Shown one piece after another: positions 1-7,420 of a stretch of DNA of 64,000 nucleotides (positions are counted from its first letter, which is position 1; each line of letters starts with the position of its first letter). Made by a program: the position numbers and the translations under genes. This DNA comes from a virus. Lineage: Duplodnaviria > Caudoviricetes. The stretch spans positions 1 to 64,000 of IMG/VR virus record IMGVR_UViG_2524614838_000004. One strand, 5' to 3'. Below the pieces are notes generated by a model. That model did no database searches. It saw nothing but the letters and a program-made list of their open reading frames with translations, and had not been told where the DNA came from.

Positions 1-825
1 GTGAAGACTTCATCATCAGAACTTAAAAAGCGTGCAAGGCGGAACTTAAAAGGCGGATACGGCCTGTGCATTGGTGCCCAATTTCTTGCAGGGGCAGTTC
101 TTGTGGTCATTTCCCTGGTGTATGTATTGACATCATTTTCCATGGGGCTGGTGAAAGATCCTTTTTCCGCCGGAATAAACAGCACATTTGCGGGAAATAT
201 GGCTTTGAGGGCAGGGATTTATTTATCCTTTCTGGTGATCCTTTCCGTATACAGCCTTTTAATACCCGGAACCCTTAAGATTTATCTGAATATGAGTACC
301 GGCCATAAGGCCAGGCTGTCTGATCTGCTTTTTGCATTTCAGAATAAACCGCATAAATTCATTGGACTTTATTTATTAAATGTTTTAATTGGATTTATAT
401 GGGCTATCCCGTATTTCGTGGTGCTTGCTGTTGCATTGATCACTGATTTCATACCGGTCATGGTGGTATTGCTGGTGCTTACGTATCTGTTTCTGCTCAT
501 TGGAAGCATCTTTACAATGCTGTGCTTATCCCAGTCCATGTATATCCTCATTGAATCTCCGGATCAGAGGGTATGGAGGTGCCTTAAGGAAAGCGCACAT
601 ATGATGAAAGGAAATAAAGGCAGGTTTTTTTATCTTTGTATAAGCTTTTCCGGCATGATCATCCTGGGATACTGTTCCCTTGGGATCGGTTTTCTTTGGA
701 TATTCCCTTATATCTATGCTACCATGACAGAGTATTATCTGGATCTTAAGGGGCAGTTTTCCCATAACTCCTTTGGAGGCGTTGAGGAAGCCTTTTCTCA
801 GTCCATGTGGGAAAATCAGTGGTAG
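1..825 (+). CDS. DUF975-family integral membrane protein (host)
   Basis: Multi-TM ORF with N-terminal ELKKRARRNLKG, and MKGNKGRFF...GIGFLWIFPY motif typical of DUF975. Confidence 0.75.
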   Translation: MKTSSSELKKRARRNLKGGYGLCIGAQFLAGAVLVVISLVYVLTSFSMGLVKDPFSAGINSTFAGNMALRAGIYLSFLVILSVYSLLIPGTLKIYLNMSTGHKARLSDLLFAFQNKPHKFIGLYLLNVLIGFIWAIPYFVVLAVALITDFIPVMVVLLVLTYLFLLIGSIFTMLCLSQSMYILIESPDQRVWRCLKESAHMMKGNKGRFFYLCISFSGMIILGYCSLGIGFLWIFPYIYATMTEYYLDLKGQFSHNSFGGVEEAFSQSMWENQW

Positions 826-877
826 AACCGTGTCATACGGGATGTGTGCGCATAGAATACACTAAGGAGGTGTATCT

Positions 878-928
878 ATGCGCATTTGTGAGTATATGCT
901 AAAATGGTATCAGTATTTGACACACTAA
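878..928 (+). pseudogene. 5' stub of an interrupted host gene (MRICE..., YlmC/YmxH-like start) running into phage DNA; candidate attL near 885-900
   Basis: Strong RBS TAAGGAGG at 863-870, ATG 878, 16-codon ORF ending head-to-head with the integrase stop; family assignment rests on five residues only. Confidence 0.5.
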
Positions 929-2499
929 ATTTTCGGATAAATTTTAAGGTTAAAATCTGGGATTTCTTTCTTGGTTCCGCGCTTTTCTTTTGAATATTCA
1001 ACCTTTTCCAAGACCTCCTTTAATAAAGTATTTTGTTCTTCTGGTGTTAACGTATTAAAATTATCTAGTAAAAACTCTATTTTCGGTATTAGCAACGTTC
1101 TTTTTTTCTCAAAATCCTCTTGGCGTTTTTGTTGTTTAAGTAGTTCATCTAGTGCATTTTGTGCGGAATTTATTTCCTCTCTTATTTTTTCCACCCTATT
1201 CTTCAGTGTATCTGCATCATAGACCCCTGTCTCAAATGCCTCATATGCCTTGTCTAACCGTTTTTTGTGCTTATCTATAAAATCCATAGTCTCATTTATT
1301 TTGGTCTGCGTAATAGCTATTCCAACAACTGAAAGTTGAGGAGAGGAAATGGAGATGCGATAATCAGCAAGCCAAGATCTCAATGCTAACATTAATTTAT
1401 CAATTACATCATCAACAGCGGCTCCGGGCATATCGCATTTCTTACATAAGAACAATTCTTGTTTAATTCTTCCACTAACTGGACGGCGAATCATTGTATA
1501 CCCACAGCCTTGGCATTTTAGAAGTCCAGCAAGAGGATTTTTGATTGTTCCACTTAGCCAAACAGGGGGTTTAGATCGAGAATTGAATACTTTTTGTGCC
1601 AGATCAAAGGTTTCTTTATCAATGATAGGTTCATGTAATGCAGGAAAATAATCACAATCTTTGTTGATTGGCGTAGAATTTTTAACAGTGCCATTAGTCA
1701 TGACCTTGACTATTTTGCGTCTGCCAGCTGGTATTTCTCCAATATATGTTCGATTAAGCAAGATATCACGTATGACGTTATGAGCCCATGTCTCACTATA
1801 CCTAGGCTTAATAAACATTTTGTCCAGTGTTTTACCGATAGCAGTAACACTGATAGGTTTATTATAGGTTTCTGGAGTTCCTGCAGTATACATAGCATAA
1901 ATCAAACGCACAATTTCTGCTTCTTCGGGAACTATTTTAAGGCTATAGCCTTTTTGTCCCTTTAGTTTATAGCGTTCATACCCAAATGGTGCTTTTCCCC
2001 AAGGCCATTTCCCTTCCTTGGCAGTGTTGTATTTTCCATCTCGTAATCGCCTACGAATTGTTTTATATTCGCGCCGGCTCATGAAAAGTCCAAATTCAGC
2101 ATACTCCTCATCAAACTCATTGTTGGGATCGAAGGTTTTCATCGGAGTAATTATCTTTGTATTGCCATATTTGAAAGTTTCCATAATGAGCCCCTGGTCC
2201 CTTGTATCTCCACGAGCCAAACGTTCCAGTTCTACGACTAGAACACCATTCGGTTGATCGTTTTCAATATCGGTAAGCAAACGCATCATTTCTGGCCTTG
2301 CGGCAATAGTTTCTCCGGACACAACCTCGCGATAAACTTTAGAAATTGAAATTCCTAAATGGTTAGCGAGCTCCTTCAAACGGTTCTCATGTCTAGCTAA
2401 AGTCTCGCCTTCTCCGTGTGCCTCTGCTTCTACATCTTCACGTGACTTGCGTAAGTACATATAATACTTACCATTGGGATCTAGCGTCAATTGTATCAT
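925..2499 (-). CDS. Large serine recombinase (prophage integrase)
   Basis: YLRKSRED catalytic motif, VVELERLARGD, recombinase domain, CxxC...CxxC zinc ribbon, coiled coil; start set at the RBS-preceded ATG 2499. Confidence 0.95.
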   Translation of the reverse strand: MIQLTLDPNGKYYMYLRKSREDVEAEAHGEGETLARHENRLKELANHLGISISKVYREVVSGETIAARPEMMRLLTDIENDQPNGVLVVELERLARGDTRDQGLIMETFKYGNTKIITPMKTFDPNNEFDEEYAEFGLFMSRREYKTIRRRLRDGKYNTAKEGKWPWGKAPFGYERYKLKGQKGYSLKIVPEEAEIVRLIYAMYTAGTPETYNKPISVTAIGKTLDKMFIKPRYSETWAHNVIRDILLNRTYIGEIPAGRRKIVKVMTNGTVKNSTPINKDCDYFPALHEPIIDKETFDLAQKVFNSRSKPPVWLSGTIKNPLAGLLKCQGCGYTMIRRPVSGRIKQELFLCKKCDMPGAAVDDVIDKLMLALRSWLADYRISISSPQLSVVGIAITQTKINETMDFIDKHKKRLDKAYEAFETGVYDADTLKNRVEKIREEINSAQNALDELLKQQKRQEDFEKKRTLLIPKIEFLLDNFNTLTPEEQNTLLKEVLEKVEYSKEKRGTKKEIPDFNLKIYPKI

Positions 2500-2544
2500 C
2501 TCCTTGTTAAATGTACGTAAAAAAGGGCATAAAAATAACACCCA

Positions 2545-2666
2545 TTGACCGGTTGCACCAAGGATGTTATAATGCGAGTGTCATACTGGTATTATATATT
2601 CTGGTGTTAACCGGATAATAGTATCTCTGCAAAGCCGTTCGGTGTTGGTAGCACTGGGCGGTTTTT
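2545..2666 (+). ncRNA. Candidate ~90-nt small RNA antisense to the bPH-integrase transcript
   Basis: TTGACC(2545)-17-TATAAT(2568); hairpin AAAGCCGTTCGGTG/CACTGGGCGGTTTT plus T-run at 2631-2666; no ORF. Confidence 0.5.
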
Positions 2667-2679
2667 GCTGTTTATTAGT

Positions 2680-3057
2680 CTATAAAGTATAAGAAGCTAT
2701 AAGTTGACCTATTCGTTCTATATCACATGAACCTGTAAATTCAAATTTTACTTTACCTGCGCCACTGAAATATACTTCTAATTCACTGTCTAAATCAAAT
2801 ACCCCAGATGTTTCTACGGAAAATACTTGTATTTTGGAATATGGCATCGAAGTGAAATCTTTCTTTGTGCCTGTCATTCCTTGAACATTTACAGAGATAA
2901 TACGCTTATTCGTAAAAACAACATAATCGCGCATTCCTTTGTAGCATCCTATCGTCTCCTCACCAGAGATATAAAGCTTGGTAACTCCATCTGCTATAGA
3001 ATTATCTACTTTTTTTAATTTTACAAAGGATCCATTTTTAAAATCAATCATACTCAT
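2680..3057 (-). CDS. Bacterial PH-domain (bPH_1-like) protein
   Basis: RDYVVFTNKRII.V.VQGMTG.KKDF.S.PYSKI..FSVETSG.FDLDSEL pattern. Confidence 0.8.
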   Translation of the reverse strand: MSMIDFKNGSFVKLKKVDNSIADGVTKLYISGEETIGCYKGMRDYVVFTNKRIISVNVQGMTGTKKDFTSMPYSKIQVFSVETSGVFDLDSELEVYFSGAGKVKFEFTGSCDIERIGQLIASYTL

Positions 3058-3081
3058 TTTCCTCTTTCTTTTGTTTTTTTA

Positions 3082-3744
3082 TTAAAACCCATGACCATGC
3101 AAATGGTAAAACTCCGCTTGTTCAAAAATATATCCTTCACCCATAAGAAATCGATGAGTACTAAAGAAATTGGAATCATATGTTGAGCATTCAGGTACCG
3201 GATCTATTTGGATTGGGATATCAGAAATATTACGTGGGAAAAACCAGTTGCAAATACTTTTATGTAAATCGCTCTTTATCCTTACATAATCAATTTTATA
3301 ATCTCTTGCTATCCGGTTAGCAGCCATACATGAAACATTAAATGTATTATAGATGTCCTTTACCGATTCACAATGCAAATACTGCATGATTGGCCTGGGA
3401 GCCAATATATTACTGGAAAAGAAGTCAGCCTCTTTCTCATTTTTTGGGCATTCTCCCACATGATTAAGAACAATATGACCAACTTCATGCATCAATGAAA
3501 AACGTTGTCGTTCTTTGTGGGGAAATTCATCGTTATAAAAAATTACACCTTGAAGAGTAAAAGCGTCATTACTAACCAAAAGACACTTTCTGGCTTTAGG
3601 CCCAGGGAGTTCCGAATATTTGTATAATGGAATCCCTAAACCTTTGATAATCTTAAAGCAATCAATAGGGAAACTTTTAATATTGCATTTCTTGTACACT
3701 TCTAATGTCTTTTCAATAATTCTGCATTGCTCCAACAAAATCAC
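3082..3744 (-). CDS. immA: ImmA/IrrE-family metallopeptidase (antirepressor protease)
   Basis: RQRFSLMHEVGH (HExxH) and EKEADFF, next to the repressor. Confidence 0.85.
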   Translation of the reverse strand: MILLEQCRIIEKTLEVYKKCNIKSFPIDCFKIIKGLGIPLYKYSELPGPKARKCLLVSNDAFTLQGVIFYNDEFPHKERQRFSLMHEVGHIVLNHVGECPKNEKEADFFSSNILAPRPIMQYLHCESVKDIYNTFNVSCMAANRIARDYKIDYVRIKSDLHKSICNWFFPRNISDIPIQIDPVPECSTYDSNFFSTHRFLMGEGYIFEQAEFYHLHGHGF

Positions 3745-3747
3745 CCT

Positions 3748-4074
3748 TTAATCATCGGACAGTAGAGTTCTTATAATGTCCTGTTTTTGTTCAAGCGTGA
3801 GTTTCTTTCCGTTCCTGGCGATAAGACTTTGGATGTCTTCATAAGTCGGCTCATGTATAGTTTTTGCTGCACCTTTTGCCATTTCATCTAACCCTTCAAC
3901 AGTAATACCCAATTCTTTACAAATGGATATAACGATGTTAACACTAGCTCCACCGACACCTCTTTTTAAAATAGAATAAAGAGTACTCTCTGAAATACCA
4001 CATTTTTCTGCAAAGGCTCTTTTGCTGAGTCCAGTATCATTAATCAATTTTTCTAATATTCTAGCTTTTTCCAT
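3748..4074 (-). CDS. XRE-family HTH immunity repressor (ImmR/CI-like)
   Basis: N-terminal HTH LSKRAFAEKCGISESTLYSIL; divergent from Cro. Confidence 0.85.
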   Translation of the reverse strand: MEKARILEKLINDTGLSKRAFAEKCGISESTLYSILKRGVGGASVNIVISICKELGITVEGLDEMAKGAAKTIHEPTYEDIQSLIARNGKKLTLEQKQDIIRTLLSDD

Positions 4075-4103
4075 TTTTCCACCTCACTTAATACAATAAT
4101 AGT

Positions 4104-4254
4104 ATACGCGCAATTACGCAAAAAGTAAAGCAAAATTTTCGCAAATACGCAAATGTGATCATGGATTAAAATATTCATGCAATTGCACGAATAAAGCCCT
4201 TGACAATACGTGCAATTGAGCGTATCATATAAGCAAGGTTAGCGCAGTTGCGCA
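4104..4254. promoter_or_regulatory. Lysis/lysogeny switch: rightward promoter and related GCAATTGC-core operators
   Basis: TTGACA(4200)-17-TATCAT(4223); TCATGCAATTGCACGA 4175-4190, TACGTGCAATTGAGCGTA in the spacer, GCGCAATTACGC near 4108, GCGCAGTTGCGC near 4242. Confidence 0.75.
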
Positions 4255-4273
4255 GATGATTGGAGGTGAGAAT

Positions 4274-4489
4274 ATGTATAAAAACCTTCTGTTTGCAATG
4301 AATGAGAAAAAAATAACGTTCACGCAAATATCTGAACTGCTTCAATGTCAGTTAAGGACAGTCTCAGAGAGGTGCAAAGGAGTGGTAAAAACAGAGTTTA
4401 CCGTTAGCGAGGCGCTACTAATGAAGAAAGTGTTTTTCCCCGAGTATGACTTCAACTGGTTGTTTGATAAAGAGAAGTTGTCAGCCTAA
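4274..4489 (+). CDS. Cro-like HTH regulator
   Basis: Small HTH (ITFTQISELLQCQLRTVSER...EFTVSEA), RBS GGAGGTG. Confidence 0.75.
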   Translation: MYKNLLFAMNEKKITFTQISELLQCQLRTVSERCKGVVKTEFTVSEALLMKKVFFPEYDFNWLFDKEKLSA

Positions 4490-4495
4490 TACAAA

Positions 4496-4507
4496 GAACA
4501 CACGTTC
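4496..4507. promoter_or_regulatory. Putative LexA/DinR (SOS) box
   Basis: GAAC-ACAC-GTTC matches the Firmicutes GAAC-N4-GTTC box; TATAAT at 4516. Confidence 0.5.
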
Positions 4508-4509
4508 GA

Positions 4510-4758
4510 ATGCTTATAATATACCACTATCATATGGACGTGTCAATGAAAAAAGGGGAGATAAGCGGGGAGGTGAGATTTAATTCTGTGAATGCTTGGA
4601 ATATAGTACCTGTGTATTTAATGACCTGCCTGTTGTGTATCATGTCATATTGGCACGGTCACAGCGAGGTAGGTTGGGGGAGAATGGGACTGCTGTATAC
4701 CATCATATTGGGATTCGTTTTTGCTGTGTTTGCAGTAAAGTTGCCAATATTTCGTTGA
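4510..4758 (+). CDS. Small membrane protein (true start probably downstream)
   Basis: Two hydrophobic segments; start uncertain. Confidence 0.4.
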   Translation: MLIIYHYHMDVSMKKGEISGEVRFNSVNAWNIVPVYLMTCLLCIMSYWHGHSEVGWGRMGLLYTIILGFVFAVFAVKLPIFR

Positions 4759-4848
4759 ACTCATTATATAAGGACGTAGTGTCTGGCTGGAAACAAGTAC
4801 AAACCGTACCACATAGTATCAATTAAAGGGATTAAAAAGAGGTGCTTT

Positions 4849-5010
4849 ATGAAAGTAAAGGAATACAAGTTTGATAATTGTACAATTGAAATTCATGATG
4901 ACTACCTTGTCGATGAAGTGAGAAAAAAAGAGATTCTCGAAAATGCGGGGAAAATTGTATCCAGAGCATTGGAAAGACAGCTCATGGAAAAGCAAAGCGG
5001 AACCGCCTGA
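4849..5010 (+). CDS. Hypothetical 53-aa phage protein (MKVKEYKFDNCTIEIHDD...)
   Basis: RBS AGAGGTG; below the ORF-track cutoff. Confidence 0.6.
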   Translation: MKVKEYKFDNCTIEIHDDYLVDEVRKKEILENAGKIVSRALERQLMEKQSGTA

Positions 5011-5049
5011 TATGGCGGGCACGATGGACAAGGAGGAGGTGAATGGAAA

Positions 5050-5190
5050 ATGAGCAGATTTACAAATGCAGAGCAGACAGATATCAATTTAGTTCCAGTT
5101 TTTGAGATGGACAAACAGATTATGCTTGAAAACTGGTATCCGGTATGTATTAATGATGGCCGAATTGTTGGAACAGAAGATGAAGATTGA
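5050..5190 (+). CDS. Hypothetical 46-aa protein
   Basis: RBS GGAGGAGGT upstream; fits operon spacing. Confidence 0.45.
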   Translation: MSRFTNAEQTDINLVPVFEMDKQIMLENWYPVCINDGRIVGTEDED

Positions 5191-5206
5191 GATGAGGTGA
5201 GGGAAG

Positions 5207-5536
5207 ATGGCAAAGATAGAAATTCAGAGTGAAGAAGTATTACTGAAAAAACTAGATGCTCTAGGCGTTACTGATGAGGACCAGAAGAAAGAAATTACCT
5301 GTAGCCTTATCGGGCACAGTAAAATTCAGACATTTTGCTTCGGATATTTTAATTGTGCAAGATGTGGAGATCAGATGGGTGATAGCTTGGGAGGTTATTA
5401 TCCCGGTGCGGCAGATGCCGTTATTGTAGGCCACAAATGTCCAACGTGTGAAGCAAATTTCAAGAAACTGACATGGCGTGATAAGGTGTTTTGCCCTGAT
5501 CCATTTGCTGATGATAAGAAAGGAGAAAAATCATGA
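5207..5536 (+). CDS. Hypothetical Cys-rich (zinc-binding) protein
   Basis: CARC and CPTC motifs; RBS. Confidence 0.7.
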   Translation: MAKIEIQSEEVLLKKLDALGVTDEDQKKEITCSLIGHSKIQTFCFGYFNCARCGDQMGDSLGGYYPGAADAVIVGHKCPTCEANFKKLTWRDKVFCPDPFADDKKGEKS

Positions 5537-5820
5537 AGTCAACTGGCATCATAAGAAGAATTGACGATCTTGGGAGGATTGTTATTCCAAGGGAGATACG
5601 GCGAAACATAAGAGTGACCGAAGGTTCCCCCATGGAAATCTTAGTAACAGAAGAAGGCGTGCTTCTTAAAAAGTATTACCCGCAGACAGTCCTTTTAGAT
5701 TTATTATCTACCATTGCTAAAGAAGTAGAGGAATTAAGTGCAGATCTAGGTCCGGAGAAAACTGGAGATATCAGACGATATATCAGAGATATTCAGAAGG
5801 CTCTTAAGGAGGATCTGTGA
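5533..5820 (+). CDS. AbrB/SpoVT-family DNA-binding protein
   Basis: MKSTGIIRRIDDLGRIVIPREIRR is the AbrB/SpoVT N-terminal signature. Confidence 0.9.
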   Translation: MKSTGIIRRIDDLGRIVIPREIRRNIRVTEGSPMEILVTEEGVLLKKYYPQTVLLDLLSTIAKEVEELSADLGPEKTGDIRRYIRDIQKALKEDL

Positions 5821-5999
5821 TGGACAAGCGGAAAATAGCTGAGATCATTTTACAGGCTATTGATGATCACGGACCAGTTCAGGTTAACTGGAGCATGGAA
5901 AATCAATGGATTAGTGCCATTCTAAGAGGCCTTACCATGGTTGATATGGCTGAAAAAGTAGAAACCCCAGGAGCGGCTACTCCCAGGGAATCAAGGTAA
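5817..5999 (+). CDS. Hypothetical protein
   Basis: Coupled overlap with the upstream gene. Confidence 0.6.
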   Translation: MMDKRKIAEIILQAIDDHGPVQVNWSMENQWISAILRGLTMVDMAEKVETPGAATPRESR

Positions 6000-6051
6000 C
6001 TGAAAATTAATTTACACCTCTATTATACAGGGGAGAACGGAGAAAATCAAG

Positions 6052-6324
6052 ATGGATGAATTATTAAAAGCGGTTCTTATGGAGCGGATGACGGACCGGA
6101 ATAAAGAAATAAGCGAAGCACCTGCGACAATTTCTTTTGAGAAAGAACATGGAATGGACGCAACCACGAAAATCAAAATGGAGGGACATGTATCTGTTTT
6201 ACTTTTTGGCTGTGAATGTTTGGTTTCAGAGACAGTTAAAAAGGCAAATGAAAATAAAATGGCACAGGCTCTTATTTTAAAACTGATGTACGAGAACATA
6301 AAAAGAGATTTAGAACTTAAATAA
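6052..6324 (+). CDS. Hypothetical protein
   Basis: RBS, operon position. Confidence 0.6.
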   Translation: MDELLKAVLMERMTDRNKEISEAPATISFEKEHGMDATTKIKMEGHVSVLLFGCECLVSETVKKANENKMAQALILKLMYENIKRDLELK

Positions 6325-6341
6325 GGAGGATAACAGACAAT

Positions 6342-6977
6342 ATGAGTACTATACAGAATAATACTGTTACATTAATCGGAGAGATTGTTTCCGGATTTAC
6401 ATACAGCCATGAGGTGTTTGGTGAAGGATTCTATACAGTGGACCTTTCTGTTAAGCGTCTCAGTGAACAGGTTGACATTATTCCGCTTACGATCTCAGAA
6501 CGCCTGATTGATAAAAACGAGATTTCCATGGGTGACACGATTGAGGTCATCGGACAGTTTCGCTCTTACAACCAGTCTGGACCAGAAAGAAAGAGACTTA
6601 TTCTTTCGGTGTTCGTAAGAGAAGTTAATTTTTTGGAAGAGGAATTTACAGATTACACCAAGACAAATTTAATCACATTAAATGGTTTCTTGTGCAAGCC
6701 TCCGGTTTATCGAAAAACTCCATTAGGGAGAGAAATTGCAGATTTGCTTCTGGCGGTAAACCGTCCGTATGCCAAATCAGATTATATCCCTTGCATTACA
6801 TGGGGGAGAAACGCAAAATACGCCTCAGGGCTTTTTGTCGGCACTCGACTGGAAATATATGGAAGAATTCAGAGCCGGGAGTACATTAAGAAACTCAGTG
6901 ACACGAAAGAAATAAAGCGCACTGCTTATGAGGTTTCCGTTTCAAAGATGGAGGTACCGGAAGATGATAAAAGATAG
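6342..6977 (+). CDS. ssb: Single-stranded DNA-binding protein, tandem OB-fold type
   Basis: NNTVTLIGE...YRKTPLGREIADLLLAVNRPYAKSDYIPCITWGRNA...GRIQSREY. Confidence 0.9.
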   Translation: MSTIQNNTVTLIGEIVSGFTYSHEVFGEGFYTVDLSVKRLSEQVDIIPLTISERLIDKNEISMGDTIEVIGQFRSYNQSGPERKRLILSVFVREVNFLEEEFTDYTKTNLITLNGFLCKPPVYRKTPLGREIADLLLAVNRPYAKSDYIPCITWGRNAKYASGLFVGTRLEIYGRIQSREYIKKLSDTKEIKRTAYEVSVSKMEVPEDDKR

Positions 6978-7419
6978 AGCAAAAGATATTTTGATTAAAA
7001 TGGGAATGCCAGCTTCGGTCAATGGGCTTGAATACATAGCTGAAGCTATGGGACTATTTGATTCCGAATTTTGTGGCATTAAAATCATGGCCTTATATGA
7101 AGAGATTGCTAAAAGGCATAACACAACCGGTACTGGCGTTGAGAGAGCTATCCGCCATGCGTTTGGAATTGTAGTAACAAAGGGGAAACTTTCATTGGTT
7201 GAAAAGTATTTATCCATTGATAATGCTACTAATTCCAATTTGTTAAATCTTCTCTATTATCGTTTGAAGCAAGAAGAAATGGAAGAAAATTCGTCTGAAA
7301 TGCAGGTAGTAATGCCGGAATCCAATCCGGAGAAAGGGACGGATCCGTATCAGACTTTGGAAGATGATATGATTTTGGCTGTCCAGAAATTTATTAAGAG
7401 TTTGAGGGAGGAAAATTGA
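6964..7419 (+). CDS. Spo0A C-terminal DNA-binding domain protein (no receiver domain)
   Basis: LIKMGMPASVNGLEYI...LYEEIAKRHNTT.TGVERAIRHA matches the Spo0A effector domain. Confidence 0.85.
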   Translation: MIKDRAKDILIKMGMPASVNGLEYIAEAMGLFDSEFCGIKIMALYEEIAKRHNTTGTGVERAIRHAFGIVVTKGKLSLVEKYLSIDNATNSNLLNLLYYRLKQEEMEENSSEMQVVMPESNPEKGTDPYQTLEDDMILAVQKFIKSLREEN

Positions 7420-7420
7420 A

